Shown piece after piece: positions 9,247 through 18,419 of a stretch of 64,000 nt of DNA. Below the pieces are notes generated by a model that worked only from the letters and a program-made list of their open reading frames with translations, was not told where the DNA came from and did no database searches. This DNA is from Candidatus Aminicenantes bacterium (lineage in GTDB: Bacteria; Acidobacteriota; Aminicenantia; Aminicenantales; Saccharicenantaceae), in NCBI GenBank assembly GCA_041320535.1, contig JBGLNH010000001.1, positions 2,106,490 through 2,170,489 of the forward strand, given 5' to 3'. The translations under genes were made by a program, and so were the position numbers. Position 1 is the stretch's first letter, and every line of letters starts with the position of its first letter.

Positions 9247-11239
9247 GCCACTTCTCCAGGACGCGGCCGGCCTCCTGCCGGATCCGCCGGTTCCAGAAAT
9301 CCTTGCGCCCGGCCAGCGGCGCGACGTAGGGTGCGGCCTCGACGAGGCCGAAGCGCTCGACGATCCCCAGGTTGCGGATGAGGGCCCGGTTGCGCAGGCC
9401 GTAGGGCGAGGCCAGGCCGAAGAGCTTGGTGAAGGCGACGTGTTTCGTCCGCTCGTGCCGCATGAGCAGGACCAGGGCCTCGGCCTGGACAAGCTCGTTC
9501 TTCCTCTCCAGGGCGGGGAAGAGGAAGGCCTCGTCGAACTCCTTGAGGTTCTGCATGGCCTGAAGGGCTTTGACCTTGACCCCGTCGTCGCCGGCCTCGT
9601 AGACCCGCTCGAGCGTGTCGAGCGACAGGGGCGTGTCGATGAGCCCCAGGGCCTCGGCGACCCGGGCCAGCAGGTCGCTGTCCCCGGACCTCTTCTTGAG
9701 GCCGGCCCGGAGGTCATCGAGCCGGTCGGGGAAGAAGAGGAAGATCGCGCGCAGGAGCGAGGAGGTGACGATGCGGTCCTTGAGGAGCGTCGCGGCGTAG
9801 GGCTCCCAGCCGTAGAGGCTCCGGCCGATGCGGTCGACGAGGCGGTCGATCTCGGGCCGCGTCTCGCCGCGCAGGAGGCAGCTCTCGACGTGCTCGGCGA
9901 CGGAGATCCTGGCCTGTTCGTAGGCCGACTCCGCGCCCAGGGCCCCGATCCGGCCGTCCAGGACCTCCTGGAAGGCGACCAGGAACTCGAAGTCGCCCTC
10001 CTGGACGATCCGCTCCCATTCCTCGGCGATCCGCCCGAGCTCGGCCACCGCCGTCCCGGTCTGCTCCTCCTGGGAAAGCAGGACGAGCAGGAGGAAGCGG
10101 TAGTTCCTCTGGAGGAGCGGGTGATCGAGCGTCAGCTTCTTATCAAAAGCGATCTCGTTGAGGAGGTTGGCCAGCGTCTGCCGGTAGATCTCGGAGTGGA
10201 GCTGCGACGAGGCCCCCGAGAGGAGGATGCGGATCTTGGACTCCGTCTCGGCCCTGCGGTTGGCGGGATCGTCGGCCTGGAAGAGGCCGTGGAGCGAGGT
10301 GGCGATCTTCTTGTGCCGCTCCTTGTCGATGATCCGGGAGAAGATGCTGAAGCTCAGGGAGTCGAACTTCTCGTTGCCGATGATCTCCTCCCAGAGGGTC
10401 GAGGCCAGGTCCTGCTCGCTGAGGTCGGAGATGAGGAGCTTGAGGTTCTCGAACTTCGACTCGGTCGGGGTCTTCCGGGCGGCCGCGATCGTCTTGACGA
10501 GCTGCTTGGCGCAGGCCCGGTGCTTCTCCTCGGAGGTCTCCTTGAGGTATTGGAAGAAGTGGGCGAAGTTCTTGTGGAGCTCCTCGTTCTGGATGAGGTC
10601 CTCGGTGTTGAACTTGCCGACGACCTTCTCGAAGCTCCCGGCCAGCTGGCCGAGCTTGACCGTGTCGTCCTCCTCGACGGCCTCCATGAGGAGGTAGGGC
10701 CAGATGTCCTTGATCTCCTCGCCCTCGCCCTGGAGTAGGATCGAGTAGTCGAGGGTGTCGACGGCGATGTGGACGCAGCTCTCGTTCTTGACGATGGCCT
10801 GGGCCCCGCCCTCCCGGACGAACGACTTGACCGGCAGCATGATCTTGGAGGCGAAGCGCATGAACTCGGCGTGGGGGATGCCCGGCCGGATCTCCAGGCG
10901 CTTGATCTTGCGGAAGTGGAAGAGCTGGGCCAGGTCCATGTAGGTCCGCTCGCCCTCCCAGAAGCGGCCGTCGATGAGCAGGGCGTGGGGCGAGAAGCCG
11001 ATCGCCAGGGGATTGAGGTAGACGAAGAGGGCCTCGAGCTTGGCGATGAGGTCGTTGACGCTGCTCTTGAAGGCCGGGTGCTCGGAGTTGTACATCGAGG
11101 CCATCTTGAAGGCCACGCGCAGGGCCCGGCACATGGACCGGATGAGCTCCTCCTTGCCGGCCGGCACGGCCGGGGCGGGGGCCGGCGGGACGCAGGCCCG
11201 CGGCTTCTCGGCCGGGGCGTCAGGGCGGTCGGCGGGCAT
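9236..11239 (-). CDS. Uncharacterised 667-aa protein with an HD-GYP-partner-like N-terminal domain and HEAT-like C-terminal repeats
   Basis: Clean ORF with host codon bias. The C-terminus (VKVKALQAMQNLKEFDEAFLFPALERKNELVQAEALVLLM...) looks HEAT-like. The N-terminus resembles that of the downstream HD-GYP protein. Confidence 0.7.
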   Translation of the reverse strand: MPADRPDAPAEKPRACVPPAPAPAVPAGKEELIRSMCRALRVAFKMASMYNSEHPAFKSSVNDLIAKLEALFVYLNPLAIGFSPHALLIDGRFWEGERTYMDLAQLFHFRKIKRLEIRPGIPHAEFMRFASKIMLPVKSFVREGGAQAIVKNESCVHIAVDTLDYSILLQGEGEEIKDIWPYLLMEAVEEDDTVKLGQLAGSFEKVVGKFNTEDLIQNEELHKNFAHFFQYLKETSEEKHRACAKQLVKTIAAARKTPTESKFENLKLLISDLSEQDLASTLWEEIIGNEKFDSLSFSIFSRIIDKERHKKIATSLHGLFQADDPANRRAETESKIRILLSGASSQLHSEIYRQTLANLLNEIAFDKKLTLDHPLLQRNYRFLLLVLLSQEEQTGTAVAELGRIAEEWERIVQEGDFEFLVAFQEVLDGRIGALGAESAYEQARISVAEHVESCLLRGETRPEIDRLVDRIGRSLYGWEPYAATLLKDRIVTSSLLRAIFLFFPDRLDDLRAGLKKRSGDSDLLARVAEALGLIDTPLSLDTLERVYEAGDDGVKVKALQAMQNLKEFDEAFLFPALERKNELVQAEALVLLMRHERTKHVAFTKLFGLASPYGLRNRALIRNLGIVERFGLVEAAPYVAPLAGRKDFWNRRIRQEAGRVLEKWRAR

Positions 11240-11362
11240 GGTTCACCTGGTCCTTGCGAAGGCGGGGCCTATTCTCCTCTTCCCCGGGGAAAATAGCATG
11301 CTCGGGACGGATGATTCAAGGGGTGATATGGCCTCCCCCCGTTTGTTGAGGCGCCCCCCGCC

Positions 11363-11672
11363 TTGTGCTATACTGCCCCGGACAATGAACGGGAGGAAGG
11401 GCTCATTCGAAGAGCGATCTTGGCCCTCGCGGACGGGACCGTCCTCGAGGGCGTAGGTTTCGGCGCCGTCGCCAAAGTCGGGGGGGAAGTCGTTTTCAAC
11501 ACCGGGATCGTGGGCTACCCCGAGAGCGTCACCGACCCGTCCTACCACGGCCAGATCCTCTGCCAGACCTACCCCCTCATCGGCAATTACGGCGTCGATC
11601 CCGCCTCCTTCGAGTCCGAGCGGCCCCGCATCGCCGGGTACATCGTCTCGGAGCTCTGCGCCCGGCCCTCCA
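11363..11672 (+). CDS. carA: Carbamoyl-phosphate synthase small subunit, N-terminal ~95 aa only; start codon unclear
   Basis: [63 protein letters not shown] is the conserved CarA N-domain. It breaks after ..SELCARPS at ~11672. Confidence 0.75.
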
Positions 11673-11848
11673 CGGACGCATAGACCGGGGCCGTGACCTC
11701 GCAGACGGAGACATCGTCCATCCAGAGGGTTCCGGTGGAGCGGGTGATGGCCGCCCGCACCGACAGCCGCGTGGTCTTCGGCTCGGTGGTGAGGTCCCGG
11801 CTCATTCCGTCTGCGCGCCGGCGGCGTCCTGGATAAGAAGGGGGAACC

Positions 11849-14326
11849 ATGAATCGGAATCACAAATTCGCGGCCGCCGGACTGCTCAGTGTCGTCCTGG
11901 CGGCCGTGATCTGGATGGGATGCGATCGAATGACGCCGCGAGGGGTCCACTTCTCGGGCACGGTCGTCTCGAACGCCGGCAAACCCGTCGACGCTGCCGA
12001 AGTGCGGGTGGGCGGCGCGACGGCGAAAACCGACGGCCGCGGTTTTTTCAAACTGGCCGCCGCGCCGGATAAGGCGAGCCGTTATGTCCTCAACATCCGG
12101 AAATCCGGCTTCGGACTCGTCTCCCGGATCTACGACCGGGGCATCCGGAACGGAAAATGGGCCATGACTCAGGGAACGACACAGCTCGTGGACCCCCGTC
12201 AGCCCATCCGGGTCCGGGATGCCGCCGCCGCCGTCCGATCCAATTGCCGGGGGCGTTTAAGCGGCCGTATCGATTGGAGCCGGTATCCCGAGCAGAGGAT
12301 CCCGCGGATATTCGACGGGGGCGGCCGTCCGGTTCCCGGCGAGCTTCCGTCCGAACTCAGAGAAGCCTTACGGCTTCTCGAGGGCGGGACGGAATGCGGG
12401 CCTGGGATAAGTGTCAGCATCCCGCCGAACTCCCTGGTAACGGGCTCCGGCCGGACGCCTTCAGGGATGGTCGAAGTGACCGTTTCGACGGTCGACCTCT
12501 ACGCCCCGGACAGCATGCCCGGCGACCTTTCGGTCGAGACCGGCGGCCGGGCCTCCTACATGCAGAGCTATGGCGCGGGAACGGTGAGCATCACCGCCGG
12601 CGGAAAACCCGTCGAACTGGCCAAGGGCGCCAGGGCCGAATTGACCATCCCCATCGATCCCGCCCAACTCAAGAGCAAGTCCCCGATCCAGCCGACGATC
12701 CCTTTTTTGAGGTATGATGAAACCAGGGGCTTTTGGGATCTCGTCGGCACGGCGAGAGTCAATGCGAAGGGAGATGCCTACATCGCGGAGGTCGACCACC
12801 TATCGACCTTCAACGCCGACTTGGTCAAGACCGATCAAGCTTGCGTCAGGATCGACAGCTCGGCCATCCAGGAGAGCTATACACTCGAAGTCACCATTCC
12901 CATGGGCGGAGGCGCCGCGCCGTCGGTTCGCAGCCACTTATTCAGCCCCGATCCCGATCACCCGGAAAACCCCAACATCCATGCCGTCTACAATCTTCCG
13001 TCCAACACCTGGATCATGCTCGTGCCTATTCGAGACGCACAGTCCGACAATCCCGTTCCCTTGGGGACTTTCGTCGTCAATACCGGAGGTCCGCAGGATC
13101 CGGGCACTCCCAACAAGCCGGAATGGGATTACGGCGCATGTCGAAGCAGGGCCATCCTCGAGGAGATTCAGCCCGGAGCCCAATATGTCGTCGATGCCGC
13201 GGGGCGGAACTTCGGGCCGCTGCCTGCTATCACCTACGCTCTGGCCGATGAGGCCACAGGCCTGGATGTTTATCCCACGGGATCAGGCGAACGTTTCTTG
13301 TTCGGCTTGTTCGATACGGGTTCAACGAAGGTCCGGATCTACAATGAAACGCCTTATGATTTTCGAACTCCGGGAGATCCCAATAGCGGGCTAGACTGCG
13401 CGACCCCCAACCCGCTGACGGACGCGAATTTCTTTGATTCGGACGCGGATCTCCTCGGACTCACGGCGGCGACAACTGTCCGGCTGCGGCTCAACGGATT
13501 GAGCGCTATCAATTCCATCACCCTGGATCCGCCGATCGGACAAGCCGGAACGGACGACGCCCCCCAAATTGAACTCACGGGAATCATAGCCCGTCCCGAG
13601 CCGCACCCGACTGATCTCGCCCAAAAAAAGGTGGACGTAACCTTGATCGGGGCCCCGGCCATTCGCCAGGCGGCCGTGAAAATCGACTACACTCAGAAAA
13701 TCGTAAAAAGCGGATACAGAGACCGATTCTATCCCGGCATGGCTCCTGGGAACAGCCGCATCGACAACTTCCAGGAGTTCGATACGGTTTGGGGCCCTGA
13801 CATCATCTTCTATGCCCCCAATGACCCTCTCATCCCGTTTCCTGACCTATTCCTCGAGCTCGGCCGTTGGGGCCTGCCGGAACCGCTCTACTGTTTAAAA
13901 AAGGTGACCTTTAAAACGGATTCCACGGAGTTCAGCGATCAAGATCTGCCCGCCAACAAATTTTTTCTTTACGATACCGGAGCGCGAATCACTGTTGTCA
14001 ATACGGATATCGCCGCCGCGCTTGGTCTGACCCCCGGGACCGGCACTTTTGATGTTTGGGCGGCGGAAGACAAGAAAGGCTATGTCCTTGCTGAAGTGAT
14101 CATGACCGGACCCAATGGATCCTATACGGTAACGAACGCCAGCGTGGCTTGTGATTGGGATCGCAACCGGATCATATCCCCTGGGGTCGTGTACGCCGTC
14201 ATCGGGGCGAACTTCTTCGACCAGGTTCCACTCCTATTTGACCCGGCCAGAAACAGGCTGGGGATCGGCCCGCCCGCGGCAGCACCCGTGACGTGGCCGG
14301 CGATCCCCCGTAATTGCGGGCGCTAG
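11849..14326 (+). CDS. Secreted, possibly lipoprotein, 825-aa protein with an N-terminal CarboxypepD_reg-like domain and a C-terminal region carrying two D-T-G motifs
   Basis: Signal-like AAGLLSVVLAAVIWMGC and GTVVSNAGKPVDAAEVRVGGATAKTDGRGFFKL. LFDTGSTKV sits at 13313-13321 and LYDTGARITVV at 13973-13981. GC is visibly lower than in neighbouring blocks. Confidence 0.7.
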   Translation: MNRNHKFAAAGLLSVVLAAVIWMGCDRMTPRGVHFSGTVVSNAGKPVDAAEVRVGGATAKTDGRGFFKLAAAPDKASRYVLNIRKSGFGLVSRIYDRGIRNGKWAMTQGTTQLVDPRQPIRVRDAAAAVRSNCRGRLSGRIDWSRYPEQRIPRIFDGGGRPVPGELPSELREALRLLEGGTECGPGISVSIPPNSLVTGSGRTPSGMVEVTVSTVDLYAPDSMPGDLSVETGGRASYMQSYGAGTVSITAGGKPVELAKGARAELTIPIDPAQLKSKSPIQPTIPFLRYDETRGFWDLVGTARVNAKGDAYIAEVDHLSTFNADLVKTDQACVRIDSSAIQESYTLEVTIPMGGGAAPSVRSHLFSPDPDHPENPNIHAVYNLPSNTWIMLVPIRDAQSDNPVPLGTFVVNTGGPQDPGTPNKPEWDYGACRSRAILEEIQPGAQYVVDAAGRNFGPLPAITYALADEATGLDVYPTGSGERFLFGLFDTGSTKVRIYNETPYDFRTPGDPNSGLDCATPNPLTDANFFDSDADLLGLTAATTVRLRLNGLSAINSITLDPPIGQAGTDDAPQIELTGIIARPEPHPTDLAQKKVDVTLIGAPAIRQAAVKIDYTQKIVKSGYRDRFYPGMAPGNSRIDNFQEFDTVWGPDIIFYAPNDPLIPFPDLFLELGRWGLPEPLYCLKKVTFKTDSTEFSDQDLPANKFFLYDTGARITVVNTDIAAALGLTPGTGTFDVWAAEDKKGYVLAEVIMTGPNGSYTVTNASVACDWDRNRIISPGVVYAVIGANFFDQVPLLFDPARNRLGIGPPAAAPVTWPAIPRNCGR

Positions 14327-14341
14327 AAGGGGGGAAGGACG

Positions 14342-15590
14342 ATGAACTGCACGAAATGCGGGTCCCAAAACACGTCCGACAGCCGGTTCTGCAAGACGTG
14401 CGGCGGCCAGCTTCCGCCACAGGAAAAAAACCTGGATTCAGCGACTCTGACCTTCCAGGCCCCGGCCAAGGACCTGGCCGTCGGGACGACCCTGTCCGGC
14501 CGGTACAAGCTCATCGAGGAATTGGGCAAAGGAGGCATGGGTTCGGTGTTCCTGGCGGACCAGGTCGAACCCGTCAAGCGCCGCGTCGCCCTCAAGATCA
14601 TCAAGCTGGGCATGGACACCCGGGAGGTGGTGGCCCGGTTCGAGGCCGAGCGCCAGGCCCTGGCGGTCATGGACCATCCCCATATCGCCAAGGTCTATGA
14701 CGCCGGGGCGACGGAAACGGGCCGCCCTTATTTCGTGATGGAGTTCGTGCGCGGCATCCCGCTGACCCAGTATTGCGACAAGAACAAGCTCAGCACCGAC
14801 GAGCGCCTGGAGCTGTTCATCTTCATCTGCCAGGCCGTCCAGCACGCCCACCAAAAAGGGGTCATCCATCGGGACCTGAAGCCCTCCAACGTGCTGGTGA
14901 CCGTTCAGGACGGCCGGCCCGTCCCGAAGATCATCGATTTCGGGATCGCCAAGGCGATCGACCACCGCCTGACCGAACGGACGCTGTTCACGGAACTGGG
15001 GCAGTTCATCGGGACCCCCGAATACATGAGCCCCGAACAGGCGGAGATGTCCGGGCTGGACATCGACACGCGCTCGGACATCTATTCTCTGGGGATCATG
15101 CTCTACGAACTCCTCGTGGGCGTCCTGCCCTTCGACCCCAAAGCCTTGAGGGCCGCCGCCTTCGGCGAGATCCAGCGGATCATACGCGAGACCGACCCGC
15201 CCAAGGCCAGCACCCGCCTCGTCGGCCTCGGCGAGACCCGAAAAACGATCGCCGATCTCCGCCGGACCGACCCGGGGGCCCTCCAGAGGCAACTCAAGGG
15301 CGACCTGGATTGGATCATCATGCGGGCCATGGAGAAGGACCGGACCCGCCGCTACGAGACCGCCAACGGCCTGGCCATGGACATCCGGCGGCACATGAAT
15401 GACGAACCCATCCTGGCGCATCCGCCTCGGACCGCTTACAAGATGGCAAAGTTCGTCAGGCGGCACAAGGTCGGCTTCGCCGCCGGGGCCGCCGTCGCCT
15501 GCGCCCTAATCGTCGGACTCGTCCTGGCGACGTCCGGACTGGTCCGGGCGAGACGCGCCGAGGCCGTCGCGGCCGAAGAACGGGACCATC
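14342..15590 (+). CDS. Ser/Thr protein kinase with N-terminal zinc ribbon and one TM helix; C-terminal extracytoplasmic part missing
   Basis: CTKCGSQNTSDSRFCKTCG, GKGGMGSVF...VALK, HRDLKPSNVL, DFGIAK and GTPEYMSPE, with TM segment VGFAAGAAVACALIVGLVLA. The ORF runs on to 15724, but the sequence is non-protein-like after ..RAEAVAAEE. Confidence 0.85.
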
Positions 15591-15597
15591 GCCGCCG

Positions 15598-15684
15598 CTG
15601 TTCCTCCTCAGATGAGCCAGTCGGGGCGGGCAGCACGCTCCGAAGAGAAAATATTCCTGCCAAGAGGATTGCGGTCACGTTCAT
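15598..15684 (-). CDS. N-terminal signal-peptide fragment of a secreted protein (rest missing)
   Basis: MNVTAILLAGIFSLRSVLPAPTGSSEEEQ starts at ATG 15684 and runs into the junction at ~15590. Confidence 0.35.
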
Positions 15685-15826
15685 CCCAGGTCTCCCCACA
15701 ACCCGTCAGAAGAAGCTATCGTAGTGCGCATTATAATTGGCCCCTTTTAACGGTGCAATCCCCCCTCCATTGCCTTTTCCCCCTCCCCCCTTTATACTTC
15801 CTCCATCCCGCCCGCCAGGAGGCCCC

Positions 15827-17053
15827 ATGAGAAAAGACGACATTATCACCCTCACAGGAGAGAAAGACGCCGCTCCCTCGGATAAAGTCTCACGGAGGAA
15901 GTTCTTCGGCGCGGCCGCCGTTGCCGCGGCCGGGGCCGCCCTGGCCCCCCGCCTGATGGGGCAGGAGCAGGCCCAGAGCGTCAAGCCGCCCGCCGCCGCC
16001 CCGCCCCAGGTCAAGACCAACATCGACGAGGTGCGCTCGATCCCCCGGGTCGCGACCTCGATGCCCGGCAGGTACCCCGGAAAGGTCGTCAGGGTCAAGA
16101 CCGGGCCCAACCCCGTGGGTCAGAAGATCGACGGGGCCCGGGTCGGGAAGGAGCTCGAGCGGGGCATGGCCGAGCTCACCGGGGAGAAGGACCTGGGCAG
16201 GGCCTGGGCCCAGTTCGTCTCGCCCAAGGACGTCGTCGGCATCAAGGTCAACCCCATCGGGGAGGCCATCCTGTCGACCAAGCCCGAGGTCGTCGACGCC
16301 GTCATCGCGGGGCTTCTCGCCGCGGGCGTCCCCAAGGCCAACATCGTCATCTGGGACCGGCGCCTGTTCCAGCTCGAGGAGGCCGGCTTCACGGCCGCGC
16401 GCTTCCCCGGCATCCGCGTCCTGGGCACGGAGCAGAAGGGCCCGAACGGCGAGTTCTACGACGACAAGGGCGAGCTCTGGGCCAAGGACAACATCGACCG
16501 CGAGGCGCTGCCCTACGTCGCCGACCTCGAGATGAAGTACGACAAGGAGACCCTCGGCTACATGATCAACGAGGGCAAGGAGTCCTACTTCACGAGGATC
16601 GTCACCGAGAAGCTGACCAAGATCGTCAACGTCCCCATCCTCAAGAACGCCGGGGCGACGACGACCTGCTGCCTGAAGAACCTGTCGTACGGCGCGCTCA
16701 GCAACACCTCGCGCCTGCACAAGATCTGGATGAACTCGGTCGCCGAGCCGTGCGCCTTCCCGGTCCTGCGCGACAAGGTCGTCCTCAACGTCGTCGACGG
16801 CCTCCAGGCCTGCTACGACGGCGGCCCCGGGGCCAACCCCAAGTTCATCTACGACGCCGCCGTCCTGCTCCTCGGGTCCGATCCCGTGGCGGTCGACGCC
16901 GTGGCCCACGACATCGTGGTCAAGGAGCGCATGGCCCGGGGCGTCCAGCAGGTCGACGCGGGCGGGAGGAGCGCCTTCCTGTCGATCGCCGAGGGGCTGG
17001 GGCTCGGCGTCGCGGCCAGGGACAAGATCGAGATCCGCGACGTGAGCGCCTAG
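15827..17053 (+). CDS. DUF362 domain protein with twin-arginine (Tat) signal
   Basis: AGGAGG at 15817-15822 precedes ATG 15827. The protein starts MRKDDIITL...SRRKFFGAAAVAAAGAALAP and includes ...VGIKVNPIGE. Confidence 0.75.
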   Translation: MRKDDIITLTGEKDAAPSDKVSRRKFFGAAAVAAAGAALAPRLMGQEQAQSVKPPAAAPPQVKTNIDEVRSIPRVATSMPGRYPGKVVRVKTGPNPVGQKIDGARVGKELERGMAELTGEKDLGRAWAQFVSPKDVVGIKVNPIGEAILSTKPEVVDAVIAGLLAAGVPKANIVIWDRRLFQLEEAGFTAARFPGIRVLGTEQKGPNGEFYDDKGELWAKDNIDREALPYVADLEMKYDKETLGYMINEGKESYFTRIVTEKLTKIVNVPILKNAGATTTCCLKNLSYGALSNTSRLHKIWMNSVAEPCAFPVLRDKVVLNVVDGLQACYDGGPGANPKFIYDAAVLLLGSDPVAVDAVAHDIVVKERMARGVQQVDAGGRSAFLSIAEGLGLGVAARDKIEIRDVSA

Positions 17054-17060
17054 CGCCGTC

Positions 17061-18416
17061 ATGGGCCTCAGCATCGTCATCGTCGGCCTCGGCCAGGTCG
17101 GCTACCACCTGGCCCAGGTCCTCTCCCGCGAGAGCCACGACATCGTCGCCGTCGACAGCGATCCGGACAAGTGCCAGGAGGCCGACGAGGCCCTGGACGT
17201 CAAGGTGCTGCGGGGCCAGGGCAGCGACCGCCGCGTCCTCGAGCAGGCCGGCATCGAGCGGGCCGACATGCTGATCGCCGTCGCCGGCAGCGACGAGCTG
17301 AACGTCCTGGCCTGCGGGCTGGCCGCCCGCTACGGCGTCAAGCAGAAGATCGCCCGCATCCGCAACCCCGCCTTCTTCGAGAACCCGCCCAAGTTCGGGC
17401 TGGCGGACTGGGGCGTGGACCTGGCCATCCAGCCGGAGCTCGAGACGGCCAAGGAGATCGTCCTCCTGGTCAAGCGCAGCGCGGCCACGGACGTCCTGGA
17501 GTTCGCCGACGGCCGGGTCCAGCTCATCGGGGTCCGCATCGACGGCTCCTGCCCCCTCGTCCACAAGTCGCTCGAGGCGGCCAGCCGCGAGTTCCCCGAC
17601 AAGGTCTTCCGGGTGGCGGCCATCCTGCGCGGGCCCGACACCATCATCCCCAAGGGCACCGACGTCTTCCAGGCCCGGGACCAGCTGTTCGTCGTCGCCG
17701 CGTCCGAGGACATCCCCGGCGTCGTCGCGCTGCTCGGCAAGTCCGACGAGAGGCTCGACCGGATCATGATCCTGGGCGGGGGCCGGGTGGGCCGGGCCAC
17801 GGCCCGCATGCTCGACGGGGAGAAGGACCTGGCCATCAAGCTCATCGACTCCGACGAGGAGCGGGCCCTGGCCCTGGCCGACGAGCTGAAGCGGACGCTG
17901 GTCATCCACGGCGACGGCCGGGACTTCAACCTCCTGGCCACGGAGGGCATCCTCGAGACCGACGCCCTCGTCAGCGCCACGGAGGACGAGGAGACCAACA
18001 TCCTGACCAGCCTGCTGGCCAAGCACCTCGGCGTGACCAAGACGATCGCGCTGGTCAACCGCCGCGAGTACCTGCCGCTCATGGCCCCCATCGGCGTCAA
18101 CGCGGCCGTCAACACCAACCTCATCACCTCGAACGCCATCCTCAGGCTCATCCGCCGGGGCGACGTCGTCGCGCTGGCCACGCTGTCGGGCCTGGACGCC
18201 CAGGCCGTCGAGTACCGGGCCCAAGCCGGCTCGCGTGTGACGCGCAAGCCGCTGAGCAGGATCGACTTCCCCAAGGGGGCCATCCTGGGCGCCCTGATCC
18301 GCCGCGACGAGGTCATCATCCCCGTCGGGGACACGCGCGTCCAGCCGGACGACCACGCCGTCGTGTTCTCGCTGCCCGGGGCGCTGCCCGAGGTCGACCG
18401 GCTTTTCACGGGCTAG
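17061..18416 (+). CDS. trkA: Trk potassium uptake system NAD-binding subunit TrkA
   Basis: MGLSIVIVGLGQVGYHLAQVL.. followed by a second RCK repeat, IMILGGGRVGRATARML. Length 451 aa. Confidence 0.9.
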   Translation: MGLSIVIVGLGQVGYHLAQVLSRESHDIVAVDSDPDKCQEADEALDVKVLRGQGSDRRVLEQAGIERADMLIAVAGSDELNVLACGLAARYGVKQKIARIRNPAFFENPPKFGLADWGVDLAIQPELETAKEIVLLVKRSAATDVLEFADGRVQLIGVRIDGSCPLVHKSLEAASREFPDKVFRVAAILRGPDTIIPKGTDVFQARDQLFVVAASEDIPGVVALLGKSDERLDRIMILGGGRVGRATARMLDGEKDLAIKLIDSDEERALALADELKRTLVIHGDGRDFNLLATEGILETDALVSATEDEETNILTSLLAKHLGVTKTIALVNRREYLPLMAPIGVNAAVNTNLITSNAILRLIRRGDVVALATLSGLDAQAVEYRAQAGSRVTRKPLSRIDFPKGAILGALIRRDEVIIPVGDTRVQPDDHAVVFSLPGALPEVDRLFTG

Positions 18417-18419
18417 GCC

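Noticed and set aside
11684-11810. A short minus-strand ORF, MSRDLTTEPKTTRLSVRAAITRSTGTLWMDDVSVCEVTAPV, between the carA break and the lipoprotein gene.
   Set aside because: It looks vaguely like the C-terminal strand of a carbohydrate-binding or LamG-type domain. It is only ~40 codons, abuts a junction and has no start or stop context I can defend.
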